DNA of 63,977 bases, filler included, from Octopus bimaculoides (GCF_001194135.2; 9 parts of 9 records of this genome joined end to end with filler, not necessarily neighbours in it), one strand, 5' to 3'. Shown: positions 25,643 to 39,059, numbered from the whole stretch's first letter. Made by a program: numbers and translations. Notes: generated by a model not told the origin, from the letters alone.

Positions 25643-27130
25643 NNNNNNNNNNNNNNNNNNNNNNNNNNNNNNNNNNNNNNNNNNNNNNNNNNNNNNNNNN
25701 NNNNNNNNNNNNNNNNNNNNNNNNNNNNNNNNNNNNNNNNNNNNNNNNNNNNNNNNNNNNNNNNNNNNNNNNNNNNNNNNNNNNNNNNNNNNNNNNNNNN
25801 NNNNNNNNNNNNNNNNNNNNNNNNNNNNNNNNNNNNNNNNNNNNNNNNNNNNNNNNNNNNNNNNNNNNNNNNNNNNNNNNNNNNNNNNNNNNNNNNNNNN
25901 NNNNNNNNNNNNNNNNNNNNNNNNNNNNNNNNNNNNNNNNNNNNNNNNNNNNNNNNNNNNNNNNNNNNNNNNNNNNNNNNNNNNNNNNNNNNNNNNNNNN
26001 NNNNNNNNNNNNNNNNNNNNNNNNNNNNNNNNNNNNNNNNNNNNNNNNNNNNNNNNNNNNNNNNNNNNNNNNNNNNNNNNNNNAAGTACTTATGCAAGAT
26101 ATTAAAAATATTTATATTTTAGAAAGTTATGAGCGAGCAAAGTTGTAGGGATATCAAACTGTAAATATTCTAAAACTCTCCCTAACAAATCTTAGAATAC
26201 AAACGCGTGTGGGATCTTTGTGGTTTTTGTCAGTTTTCAATTTTGTTCCAATTGTTTTCAAATTTGGTATACGGATTAAGTTTTGTATACTAATTATGAA
26301 AATAAAATTCATTTTCCCTATAAATTCATAATTACAAAGTTATTAGCCTTTAAAATTTGCAAAATTTGGGTACTTTAGCCAATCACAAGGGAGTATTTTA
26401 CACATCACCGTGACGAAAAGCTTTGTTTCCATAGTAAACAAAGACGCTGCGCATGCGCACAAGAAGGTGTAGAAGATACGAGAAAGATAATCTTATAATA
26501 ACTTCTTACTTATAACTTACTATAAACTCTTGTGTTTTTCTCCGTCACAACATATGAATGAGAAAGGAAGAGGTGATAGATGAATAAGGAAGGAAGGGGT
26601 GATGGATGAATAAGGAGGGAAGGGGTGAAGGCAAACTGGTAGTGGGACCGTTTCAACGCAGTGTGAATATATATGTGTGTATGTAAAAGGGACTTTGTGT
26701 GATTATATGCGTGTATGTGTGCGCGTGTACAAGGGAAGTAACAATATTTTGATATGCCGATTTCCCCCAATCCCAATGATGGAAGAGGCAACGATTGGCT
26801 GAAAATTCTGAAAATTATCAAACTTTGAAAACCTGTAACATTTATGCAAAATTTTTCTGGAATAAATGAATAACAAATTCGGATTTGGCGTTAAATATTA
26901 CATCTATATGATACATTAGAAATTTTTTAAAGACAATTGTGAACAGTGAGGAAGAACCACAAAGATCTCGTATGTGGGTGTGTGGGTGTGCGTGCGCGCG
27001 CGTGTGTGTAAAATGTCTGTATGTATGTATAAAATGTATGGGTGTATTTATAAAATGTGTGTACGTATAAGATGTATGTATGTATGTTTGTATGTTTGTA
27101 TGTATGTATGTATGTATGTATGTATGTACA

Positions 27131-27162
<32 letters not shown>

Positions 27163-27318
27163 CTGAAATGTATAAAACTGAATATTAATCTATTCCTTTT
27201 GTTTAATAGTATCTTTCCTAAAATGACTAGCAATATGCTTAATGGCTACATAATCTGTCGACTTGAGAAGGGAAATAATAAGTCATGATGAGACTTGAAC
27301 TTCCGGTAACTCGAAACC

Positions 27319-27321
<3 letters not shown>

Positions 27322-27414
<93 letters not shown>
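27322..27414. repeat. (CT)n microsatellite
   Basis: Perfect CT array of about 46 units. Confidence 0.95.
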
Positions 27415-27416
<2 letters not shown>

Positions 27417-28398
27417 TTACCTGTCTTTCAATCTTAATGTCTGCTTACTTATCTGTCTGTGCAACTGTTCGTCTGTTTGTTCTATCTTTTTGCCTATCTG
27501 TCTATCTCTGTCTGCCAGCCTATCTGCCACTCTATCTAAATATCTGTGTCTCTTACTATCTGCTTATCTGCCGCTTAGCTATATCAATCTGTTTATATCC
27601 CTTTGCTTATCTGTTTTTGTCTGTCTACATCAATCTGTGTATGTGAGTGATCGTATATATATATATTCTCTGATAGTATTTATATGCTATTTAGTTACAA
27701 GCCGTGTAGTCCAGTGCCTTATTCGTCAACGGTATCCATAGCAAGAAATTTACTAAAGAATATCAGTAAGTGTGTCTGACGAAATTAGAAGATATTTTGA
27801 CCACTGAGTGGTAGCTTCGGTAATGTCATGACCCGTTACTAAACGGGTTCGTTCCTAAGTGAAAGAAAATCGTTGAAAAACTATTCAAGTACTAAAAGTA
27901 CTACTCATGTCTCTAACATTATCGTACTCCATTGATACACTTACGGTATTCCATCTTTGAGATCTGAGTCCTTGTGCTTGATCAAAATAAATTTAATACT
28001 GGTGAGGGATTTGTAGAACCGGGAGAACACCGGACCGAATGTCATGCACATGTGTATATACACATATATACTATACATACATACATACATACATACATGC
28101 ATGCATATGTATATATACATACATGCGTTCAAACATATTTACACACACACACACATATATACGTACACATGTATGTACGTGTGTATTTATTTGTCGATCC
28201 TTCTCTTTCTCTCTCTCTTATATAGGACAACTATTTTAAAGGTAGCTTAAGAATAACCATGGATCCTTTACTAATATTACACTTCTATATTAAGAGTAGA
28301 GTCAAGTTTGTTATAAGATTCGTACTAAGATTCAAGTTTTGCCTAGTCTTCTCGTTTAATCTTGCGCACGCACACACACACATACACACACACACGCA

Positions 28399-28445
<47 letters not shown>

Positions 28446-29049
28446 ACACGCGCAGATACTGATAGTTATACAGGCACATAGTGTTTGAGTAAGTGCCTAT
28501 GCGCACGCGCGTAAATTTTCATTTGTTTATTCAGCCATTACAGCTAAGGCCATGCTGGATCAACATCCACGTGTGCACACGAACTCACACACATACACAC
28601 AAGCATATATTTAATATGCCTGTGTTAGTGAGCGTGTGTTTGTGGCAGAATGAATCAAGGGTTGGAAACGCCTCGTTAATTCTACCACACTCACAGTCAT
28701 TGGTCAATGTGTATTACGTGATTACACGTGTGACATTTAAATATATTTTGTTTTAAGTGTAAGCGTAGCTGTTCTATCCAAATGAACTCCATAAATATAG
28801 ATGGCGGTGATAACGGCTCTTGAATGTATTCAGTGTGAACCCTATGTAATTCCTTTCAACACTACATTAGTGTGGACATGTGGCGAGCATACCCGCTTCC
28901 AGACTCCCTAAACAGATTTTCTTTCGGAGAACTAGCAACTGGCTCTCGGTTATGCATTGGACCGTGTAATCTAGAGCAGTCTAATTAAGAGCATTATGCT
29001 CGATATCGCTCATTGTGTTGCAGTGCTGTGTACTTTGGAGTACCTCACT

Positions 29050-29330
29050 AAGAATCAGAAATGATCAGAAAAATTAATATGAAGATGGCTAACAGGAAAA
29101 AAGCCCAACCGATTCCTGATCCTGTTCTTGCATTACCCCCACTACAACCACCACACTCAAAAACACACATACATTGTAATTGCGGCATTTGTGCCATTAT
29201 TGGCCTAAAAACCACCTCACGACACACAAAGAGTAAAGTTGCTAATCGGTTTATGTTCAATCATGGAGGATGGACGTCCCTCTTAATCCCATTCAGAGAA
29301 GCTACAGACGTTCACTATATCATTTGTTTT
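29050..29330 (+). mobile_element. Decayed RTE 3' end with degenerate C2H2
   Basis: HCNCGICAIIGLKTTSRH resembles the RTE terminal CxxCGxxCxSxIGLxSHxRxH. Confidence 0.5.
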
Positions 29331-29984
29331 GGGGAAAACAAGTTCCCTTGAGAGGACAAGTAGGTGAATGTTAGTAGTTACAAGTTGCTGACTGAAGTAG
29401 TGGAATATAGTTTGTGGTCTAGGAAGCATTTAGTTCCACCGAGAGAAATGTTATAAGACAGAAATGCAACAGTTATCGGACGTATCAGAAATGGAGGACG
29501 GATAGTCAGTACCAAGGTCTTACAAAGATGAGGAGAGATAGAGACAATTTATTGCCATGTTTGTATGACTTTATTTACTCCAACTCTTCTCTCTTTAACC
29601 TTTCATCTATACTTCACAATAGTAGTAAACCTAAGTTTTCGATAAAAGTTCTATTTCACTTTTGCTTCGACCTGAGAATTGGTTGCTGCTATATCTCATT
29701 CTCCTTCCAAAAATAGATTATTGATATATGGATAGCTATCGTGTTTTGCACTTGATGGACCATCCATGCAATCGTTCTTAAATAGCTGTAAGGAAGAGAC
29801 TTTCTGTTCTAATTCCTTTCCTCTTACATAAAGTATGCAACAAATTCAATGTTTAAAGATATAAAAATAATCTAACCAGATATTAGTTGTTTCACCTGCT
29901 TATACATTTATCAAATATGTGTGTGCGTGTGTGTATGTGTACACACTCGTATACGCACACACACATATATCTATCTAGCTAGCA

Positions 29985-30295
29985 AGGGCGGGTAAAATTC
30001 CCGAGAACCATGGACGAGTTCGCTATCAAAAACGAACCTCCACCAACTATTCTGCGTATATATCCGTGCACGTCTTTCAATGCCGCGTATGCTATAAGGT
30101 CTGCAATTCTAACAGAGGGCTCAAAAGACATTTTAAGATTCCCAAAGATCAGAATTTATCAGCAGCTCTTGGTGGTCCAAATTGGATATGCAATATATGT
30201 GGATGTATTTTCACTACATTGTCAGGTTTAAAAAGTCACATCAGACATCAGAGGTGGTCAGACTTTGTATAAGGAGTAGAAAAGCACCATATATA
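29985..30295 (+). mobile_element. RTE-type 3' fragment with two C2H2-like fingers
   Basis: FQCRVCYKVCNSNRGLKRHFK and WICNICGCIFTTLSGLKSHIRH; same style as 10095-10556. Confidence 0.65.
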
Positions 30296-30329
30296 TATAT
30301 ATATATATACAATACACACACACAGAGAT

Positions 30330-30374
<45 letters not shown>

Positions 30375-30474
30375 NNNNNNNNNNNNNNNNNNNNNNNNNN
30401 NNNNNNNNNNNNNNNNNNTTAATTAATTAANNNNNNNNNNNNNNNNNNNNNNNNNNNNNNNNNNNNNNNNNNNN
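30375..30474. other. Assembly placeholder gap (44 N + TTAATTAATTAA + 44 N); same pattern near 10660, 33248, 45529, 49387, 57475, 59538 and 62363
   Basis: Fixed 100-nt length and a palindromic six-frame-stop linker indicate gaps of unknown size. Confidence 0.9.
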
Positions 30475-33203
30475 ATAAAGTCGGGGACCAAAATTGAACA
30501 TTGGCCATAAAATGGGGGATCAGAAATCGCACACTGGTTATAAAATCGGTGACCAAAAATTGCACAATGGCCATATTCACGGGGACCAGAAATCGCACAC
30601 TGGCCATAAAGTCGGGGACCAATAATTGCACACTGGCTATAAAGACGGGGACCAAAAATTGAACACTGGCCATAAAGTCGGGGACCAAAAATTAAACACT
30701 GGCCGTAAAGTCGGGGAACAATAATTAAACACTGGCCGTAAAGTCGGGGAACAATAATTAAACACTGACCATAAAGACGGGGACCAAAAATCGCACAGTG
30801 GCCATGAAGACGGGGACCAAAAATTGAACACTGGCCATAAAGTCGGGGACCAAAAATTGAACACTGGCCAAAAAGTCGGGGACCAAAAATTGAACACTGG
30901 CCATAAATTGGGGACCAAAAATGAACACTGGCCATAAAGTCGGGGACCAAAAATCGCACAGTGGCCATAAAGACAGGGACCTAAAATTGAACAGTGGTTA
31001 TAAAGACGGGGACCAAAAATGAACACTGGCCATAAAGTGGGTGACCAAAAATCACACAGTGGCCATAAATACGGGGACCTAAAATTGAACACTGGTCATA
31101 AAGTCGGGGACCAAAAATTGAACACTGGCCATAAAATGGGGAATCAAAAATCGTACACTGGTTATAAAGTCAAGGACCAAAAATTGCACAATGGCCATAT
31201 TGACGGGGACCAGAAATCGCACACTGGCCATAAAGTCGGGGACCAATAATTGAACAGTGGCCATAAAAACGGGGACCAAAAATTGAACACTGGCCATAAA
31301 GTTGGGGACCAATATTGAACACTGGACATAAATTCGGGGACCAAAAATCGCACACTTGTCATAAATCGGGGACCAAAAATTGCACACTGGCCAAAAAATG
31401 GGGGATCAAAAATCGCACACTGGTTATAAAGTCGGGGACCAAAAAATTGCACACTGACCATATAGACGAGGACCAAAAATCGCAGACTGGCCATAAAGTC
31501 GGGTACCAATAATTGCACAATGGCCATAAAAACGGCGACCAAAAACTGAACACTGGCTATAAAGTTGGGGACCAAAAATGAACACTGGCCATAAAGTCGG
31601 GGACCAAGAATTGAACACTGGCTATAAAGTGGGGGACCAATATTGAACAATGGACATAAATTCGGGGACCAAAATTTGCACACTGGCCAAAAAATGGGGG
31701 ATCAAAAATCGCACACTGGTTATAAAGTCGGGGACCAAAAATTGAACAGTGGCCATAAAGTCGGGGACCAAAAATGAACACTGGCCATAAAGTCGGTGAC
31801 CAAAAATCGCACAGTGGCCATGAAGACGGAGACCTATAATTGAACACTGGCCATAAAATAGGGGACTAAAAATCGCACACTGGCCATAAACTCGGGGACC
31901 AAAAATTGAACACCGGCCATAAATTCGGGGACAAAAAATTGCACACCGGCCATAAAGTCGGGGACCAAAAAATGCACATCGGCCATAAAGTCGGGGAGAA
32001 AAAATTGCACACCGGCCATAAAGTCGGGGACCAAAAAATGCACACCGGCCATAAAGTCGGGGAACAAAAGTCGCACACTGGCCATAAAGTCGGGTACCAG
32101 AAATTCAACATTGGCCATAAAGTCGGGGACGAATAATTGCACTCTGGCCATAAAGACGGGGACCAAATATTGAACACAGGCCATAAAGTCGGGTACAAAA
32201 TTGAACACTGGCCATAAAGACGAAGACCACAAGTCGCACACTGGTCCCGAGGTCGGGGACGAATAATTGCACACTGGCCATAAATTCGGGAACCCAAAAC
32301 TGAACACTGGCCATAAATTCGGGGACCAAAAGTCGCACAGTGGCCATAAAGACGGGGACCTAAAATTGAGCACTGGCCATAAAGTCGGGGACCAAAAATT
32401 GAACTGTGGCCATGAAGTCGGGGACCAAATATTGCACACTGGCCATAAAGTCGGGTCCCAATAATTTGCACACTGGCCATAAAGACGGGGTCCAAACACT
32501 GAACACTGGGCATAAAGCCGGGAACCAAATATCGCACATTGGCCATAAAGTCGGGGACGAATTGGCTATAAAGTCGGGAACGAATAATTGCACACTGGCC
32601 ATAAAGACGGGGACCAAAAATTGTACACTGTCCATGAAGTCGGGGACCAAAATTTGAACACTGGCCTTAAAGTCGGGGACCAAAAATTGTACACTGGCCA
32701 CAAAGTCGGGGACTACTAATTGAACACCGACCATAAAGACGGGGCCCAAATATTGAACACTGGCCATAAAGACGGGGACCAAAAATTGAACACTGGCCAA
32801 AAAGTTGGGGACCAAAAATTGGAGACTGCCCAGAACGTCGGGGACCAATAATTGAACACTGGCCATAAATTCGGGGTACAATCAATTGCACACTGGCCAT
32901 TTAATCGGGATCCATACATTTGCACACTGGCTATAAAGTCGGGGACTAAAAATTGCACAGTGGCTATAAAGACGGGGACCAAAAATTGCACACTGGCCAT
33001 AAAGACGGGGACCAAGAATTGAACACTGGCCATGAAGTCGAGGACCAAAAATTTAACACTGGCCATAAATTTGGGGTCTAAAAATTTGCACACTGGCCAT
33101 AAAGTCGGGGTCTAAATATTTGCACAATGGCAATTTAATCGGGGTCCAAATATTTGCACACTGGCCATAAAATCGTGGACCAATAATTGAACACTGGCCA
33201 TAA
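30475..33203. repeat. 33-bp minisatellite, at least about 83 units, both ends in gaps
   Basis: Consensus ATAAAGTCGGGGACCAAAAATTG(A/C)ACACTGGCC, with frequent 1-bp indels in the A-run. Confidence 0.97.
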
Positions 33204-33303
33204 NNNNNNNNNNNNNNNNNNNNNNNNNNNNNNNNNNNNNNNNNNNNTTAATTAATTAANNNNNNNNNNNNNNNNNNNNNNNNNNNNNNNNNNNNNNNNN
33301 NNN

Positions 33304-33997
33304 GTTGGTAGTAGTAGTTGATGTCGTCACTGTAAAACTGGCTGTTCTGTATGTGTGGTGGTAATGTTGACAGTGGTGTTCGAAAAGGTACGCTTTTACA
33401 GACGGTCGACATACACACTCTGTACGACCATTAGCGTCGACCTTGATGAGAGTTTTATTTTTTTTTTTTTAACCCAAGTCTATGGGTTGCGAGTGAAATT
33501 GTTCGCATGTGACGAGCATGTTGCTGCTATTTTTAGCAAGTAGACGACGCTGTGTAAAAATGAATTTGACGTCTCGTGTAGTATTATTGCTTGGTAGTCC
33601 AGAATCTATGGCCGCGTTTGTTCTTTAGTCGGGGTCACCAGTTCGTAGGAAATTGGATATACACCATTAGGTGTACACCCAATTTCCTATATTAAATTTG
33701 AATGAACGGAACGCAGAACTCCAAACTATCAACACAAACAGTATTTATTCAAGATGGAAAATAGTAGGCTTTAATCTTGGTTGTTGAGACGTTGGAATGT
33801 GTGTGAGAACATGGTTGCTGAGACATCGGTACGTTGATGTGAGCTGTCTGGCGTGAGTTCGAAAGATGGAGAGAAGACAGCTAGACACGTCCATGCTCAA
33901 TCGCTGGCCAGCAAGAAAGAGACAGAAAGAAGCGGGAAAGCTTGGATGTTGAATTCCACGCATGCGTGAGACTACGCATGCGCACGGCGTTACTACA
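33304..33997 (-). mobile_element. Ty3/Gypsy element 5' end: LTR (33997-33641), PBS and decayed gag start
   Basis: Minus strand starts TGTAGTA, has AATAAA within the LTR, then TGGTGACCCCGAC, followed by F-T-R-N-P-*-T-W resembling the gag FWxxDPxxWF motif. Confidence 0.7.
33628..33640 (-). promoter_or_regulatory. Primer-binding site complementary to the tRNA-Trp 3' end
   Basis: TGGTGACCCCGAC is the complement of GTCGGGGTCA-CCA, the eukaryotic tRNA-Trp(CCA) acceptor end. Confidence 0.75.
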
Positions 33998-36169
33998 AAG
34001 ATATAGACGCTGACACTATCGTGCTATTATGAGCGTTAATTCGTAATCATGTGTTTCTGGGTTGCCCCCTTGAGAGAAAATGATATACAGATACTGTGCA
34101 GAAATTTGTCAGATGCATTGTAACTGTTCTTGCATGATGGTTTAATCTGTCACCAGGTCTAAGAATTGTCTTTACAGATTAATCAGCAAGCCAAGTTTGC
34201 GACACGGGCTCTATTCTTGGCTAAATCGTACGTGGTACAAGTCGTGTGTGCGCATGCGTATGTGTGGGCGCATTTGTTGTGTATGAGTGTTGCGCACGCT
34301 CGTGTCTGCTGTATGTGAGCGATGTATGTGGGGAAGATTTCGTTTGTATGTATATTAGGTGTATGTGTGTGTTGTCTCTGTAAGTGTTGCGTGTGTGTTG
34401 TCTGTATGAACGTTGATAGTGTGTGTCTGAAGTTTTAATGTTTGTATGAGTATTGTGTGAGTGTCGTAAGCGAGAATGTCATTCTGTCATCATGTGCGTG
34501 TGAACACTGCTAATCTATTGCACCGTTTATCTTCTATAATTCCGTTTCTGTCTCGGATACTTTATAAGGAATATTAAATTAATGTCAGAACTTGACTGGT
34601 TGTTGGCGCAGCAAAGCTGAATGGCTAAAATGTTCGCTTCACGACTATATGGCATCTTACAGCAAAAGTAATTTTCTGTCTTGCGTCCACCCATGCTTTG
34701 TAGGTGAAACTGGTTTGGCGGAAACTGTGTGGAAACCTATTGGATGGATTGAACCTGAATTCAAAGGTCCAGCCTTATCAGACTGAGTCACGTTGTTTCC
34801 TCTGAGAATTACGTTAAAGGTATTCGTGCCTATGGAATACTCAGCCACTTGCATGCTAGTTCAATGAGTCTGGTAGTTAAGCTGATCGAACAGCTAAAAA
34901 GTTTATATTATCCCTTTGATTTTTCATTATATTCCCCTTTAATATGATAATCAAAATAGGTATCGGTCATCCCTATCCTTCTTTCTTCCAATTATCACCC
35001 CTTCCCCATCAAGCATTCCCTTACTACTAACCCTACACCCTACCCTTTTGTGTAGACAAAGCTAGATATATGGCTCCATTACATTGAGATTCTAGAAGAT
35101 CATCTGATTGATTTATCACCATTGACTGGAATACAGTTGACAACTCCCAATGGATTTGGTTATAAATAATTGAGACTACATTCTACATAAAGTCTTCTAA
35201 GTGCAAGTAACAAGGTCACCACTCTTTTTATCCTGAGCCTAACTATTTCCTCTGCTACTCTCTAAATTATAGTAGACTTGACAAGGTATGCATTATTTTC
35301 TAAACTCATTCTGCCACAGATATGACAAAAGAAACAAGGCAAATATTTTGAGTTCCATGTTAAGAAATCGTTGTATCCTTTATGTTTGAAGTCTATGCAG
35401 TTATCTGACTAAAATGGTTTCTGTCAAATGATGTAATGTTTTCATTAATCAATTAAAGGAGTCACTTGAAACGGCTGTAAGGAATTGACACCTGTACATC
35501 TTTGTTACTCGTTTACATTTTATTCACCTAACTTGAAATTTGCAATTCGGAAATACTATAGAAAGTACCTTTAAAGAAAGCACATAACTGAATTATCAAG
35601 AGTGGATATCTTCATTTAGCTGGGTTGCGTTATCTGCACACATGGCAGGAATATCAGGTACAAACACCTCTGCATGGAGTCTTGATATTCAATATTCAAT
35701 TAGTATTGTTTGGGTGTGCAGATTATACCAACCTGCCAAAGTGCCTCAATTTAAGTACCTAATCCAACAGAATCTTAATTATAAAAGCAACACACACACA
35801 CATGTATATATATATAAAATTAATAACTCTTTGGTTCACCATCCAACAGTTTTAGCAACTGACTGTTCTTGTTCTCTTCCAACAGAACCAACAACAGTAA
35901 GTCTACTCTTTTTGTGTTTTTCCTTACATGCGACACATTTAGCTGAATGAAATACCAAATGATACGTAAACTTTCTGCCAGGTCATATTAATGTTATTTA
36001 TGCAACACATCTTGTATAAACATGGGTATGTTGTCATTTCAACAAATACGTCTATATAGCCTAATCTTTATTAATTATATTGAAACATGTTAATTGACTA
36101 TGCAGATATTATTGTCTAAACATGCATATTATTTTACAGTATATGCACTGCTGTCCCTTTTAAAGCCTA

Positions 36170-36598
36170 TGTAGTGGAATGTAATGCTGAGGGACCAATG
36201 TAAGTTGTCTGGTGTAGCAGATGGTGTTAGGCATGTTGGACCGGTATCAATGAAAGACAATGAAGAAAGGAATGTGGTTTACATTATTTATTTGGTCATA
36301 GTTGCATTCACTTGTTGGATACTTGAAGCTTGATTTAAAATATGAACAAAGATACCACAACATAATTTAGCCAACTACTTCGAGGAAGCGAAGTTGTGCA
36401 CGCAGAGAAATGTGTGAAGTAAAACAGAGGAGAGAGAATGTTGATGGGATGAGACAATACAGACATACTTCGTGTCGGTGTGTGCATTCACCCATTGCTT
36501 CTATGTTGTCTCTCTACCTCATTTGCTCTGTCGGGTCTGTAGCTATCTTTCTGGTCTCCCTAGGCTCACCGTCATTATATATACCAGTTCTGCCTACA
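36170..36598 (-). mobile_element. Possible solo LTR
   Basis: 429 bp bounded by TGTAG...CTACA, with AATAAA about 120 nt from the minus-strand 3' end. No TSD, PBS or PPT found. Confidence 0.4.
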
Positions 36599-36603
36599 GA
36601 ACT

Positions 36604-37571
36604 GGTATATACAATGGCCCATTCTAGCTAGAAGGATGGATATCTCATTATAGGATAGCCTATGCCCATTTAGGTTCACTTGCTGTCCGTTTGAACTTTC
36701 CATGACACAGCCAGGTCGGAGGTCAAGTGGAAACTCATCAATTACAGCTTTTGACAGGACAAAGAGATTTTCTCGTTTGGTCAGCAAATGGCAGGTGGAT
36801 TTGGAAAGTGAGAATTCTTATATTCGGTTTCGAATCTCTGCCAGAAAAATAAAATGCAGTTTCCACACTACCCTGCTTCCAGTGAGAGAGCCAAAGAGAC
36901 CGAATGATTCAAGTGCATGTGAAGTTGAAAATGTATGTACAATTATACAAAAACAAATGAATATATGTCAAAAACTGATGAAGCAGACATGGGGGAAAAT
37001 GCAACATTTCAGGACCAAAGTGAAATATCAACGTTCAGAATTGTGTTATGTGTCAATGTGGATGGATGTGATGCAAGGCTGAAGCAGTATGCTAGTGCAG
37101 TGATTACAAATACAGTGTTGAATATGCCAGTGACCGAGACAGTGCTGAATGTGCCAGATGATACATGAGGTATTAAATGTCTTAAAATGAGCAGTGGCAA
37201 AAGTGTAGCATGCTGGCGTGTTGTAAAGGACAAACAATTCCTTCCATTGAATACGTGACTGATGGATGGTCCAGTAGAGGTAAGTTGTATCTCCAAGGGT
37301 GCAGAGGGTATATATATAATAGCCCATTCTAGCTAGAAGGATGGATGTACCATTATAAGAGTAGCTTATGCTCATTTAGGTTGCTTGCTGTCCATTTGAA
37401 CTTTCCGTGGCGCAGCCAGGAGGTCAAGTGGAAACTCATCAATCACAGCTCCCTTTGACAGGACAGAGATTTATCCTGCTTGGTCAGCAAATAGCAGGTG
37501 GATCTGGTGAGCAAGAATTCTTATATTCAGTTTTGAATCTCTGTCAGGAATATAGAATGCAGTTTCCACAC
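36604..37571 (+). repeat. Two 265-bp direct repeats (36604-36868, 37307-37571) with a 438-bp spacer
   Basis: Aligned by eye at roughly 80% identity from GGTATATA...GCCCATTCTAGCTAGAAGGATGGAT to AATGCAGTTTCCACAC. Confidence 0.85.
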
Positions 37572-39059
37572 CTATACGATGCTTTTGAATTCTAATACTA
37601 CTCAGACTGGAAAGAGTTCGAAACTGGTGGCATATGAAAAATAAGGAAAAATTGATATGCAACTTCATTGTTGTTGTCTCAAAAACATCTCTTATTTTCT
37701 ACATTTGTTATCTCTACATGATTCAAAACACACACATAAGGAAGCTTGCAAGTTTCAAATGCATCTTGCTCACACATTATGCAGATTTACTTGTACCTTT
37801 GTGTATTTATCTTGAAGACCCTATTTACACTCTTGTGCACCCATTGTGAAGACCATCTCCCTAGTTTCACCTTTCACATGTGTGCACAGAATGGTTCTCT
37901 CAGTCCCTTGACTGATCCAACATTTATATTACTATTCATTCTTATTAGAATATTTACATCAGCAGTCAGTCTTTGTCTCCTCTTATTCTGTTCCGATGTT
38001 TATCGATTGCTGTTTTTCAGGAATCTTGATGGTGCTACATAGCTATCATTATACAACAAGTGTTGCTTTAGTAGCTTATGCTTCAAAGATTTTATTAACC
38101 AATCAGATACTAGGAATATATCAGCCATTTTGGCTACATAAACAGGAATTAAAATCTGTTCTCTCCCTTAGCTCTTTCATTCAGCACTCTCCTGTTTGAG
38201 TGTCTGCACTTGTTCTTTTCAGACTGAACAATCAACAGTATTTCTATTCCCTTTTTGTTAATCTCTACATGAAGAACATTGTAGCTGAATGAGACATTAC
38301 GTAGCTTTATCACCTTTCTGTGAAGCCACGTGTGTTAATAACACTACTTACACAAAATATTGAATTATTTAAGTAATTTGTGCAAACATGAATATATGTT
38401 TAATTCTTTTTTCTACAAATACATTTATGTAACCTAATTTTTATTAATGTATTCTGAAACGTGTTAAAAGTGACGACCTGGATTACTGTGCAAACATATA
38501 CGTTATTTTGGACTGTGTACATTGCTGGCCATTTATAAATTTGTATTTCATTATCTTTGTAAGAACATGTGCTGTTTGAGTACTTTGAGATCTAGTCTCA
38601 CTCAAACCAAAAGGGTCTATGCTTTTGATGGCACATGGAAAACAAAGGGAGAAATGATGTATATGATTCTGTTGTACTTTTATCCTAATCTATCTTTGAA
38701 CTGTGCGATGCCATGTGGACTGATTGGTTAGTATGTTGGGCTCACAATCATAAAATCATGGGTTTGATTCCAGAACTGGGTAATGTGTTGTCCTGAAGCC
38801 AAGTGCTGGTGTAGCCCTCTCACCCTCTAGTTGTCACATCCTCAATGTTCCTCTGGATCAAGAGTGGGAGGGCCAAGGTGGTGTCTGTGTTTGCTCACAA
38901 CCATATAGGCACTTAAAACAATTAATAAAAGCATGGTACATGTTAGCTAGCCATTCTTATTTTCAGCTGACAGTAATGGTTCACAGTGTTATTTTCTACA
39001 ACATGGTTGGTTTTCAATCCTTCTTCAGTCCTGACTGGAAAGAATTATGATGTAAACAT

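Noticed and set aside
30419-30430. Recurrent TTAATTAATTAA inside N runs, as a biological motif or PacI-like site
   Set aside because: Always centred in a fixed 100-nt gap and gives stops in all six frames, so it is an assembly spacer.
30475-33203. Minisatellite as a CRISPR array or a repeat protein (reflectin-like or ZNF linker)
   Set aside because: No unique spacers, eukaryotic context, frequent frameshifting indels, and no reflectin M/FD(X)5MD motif.
37700-38230. Possible decayed hAT transposase on the minus strand (MADIF-like, KWLIYS-like words)
   Set aside because: Only scattered short similarities across frames; not supportable without a search.
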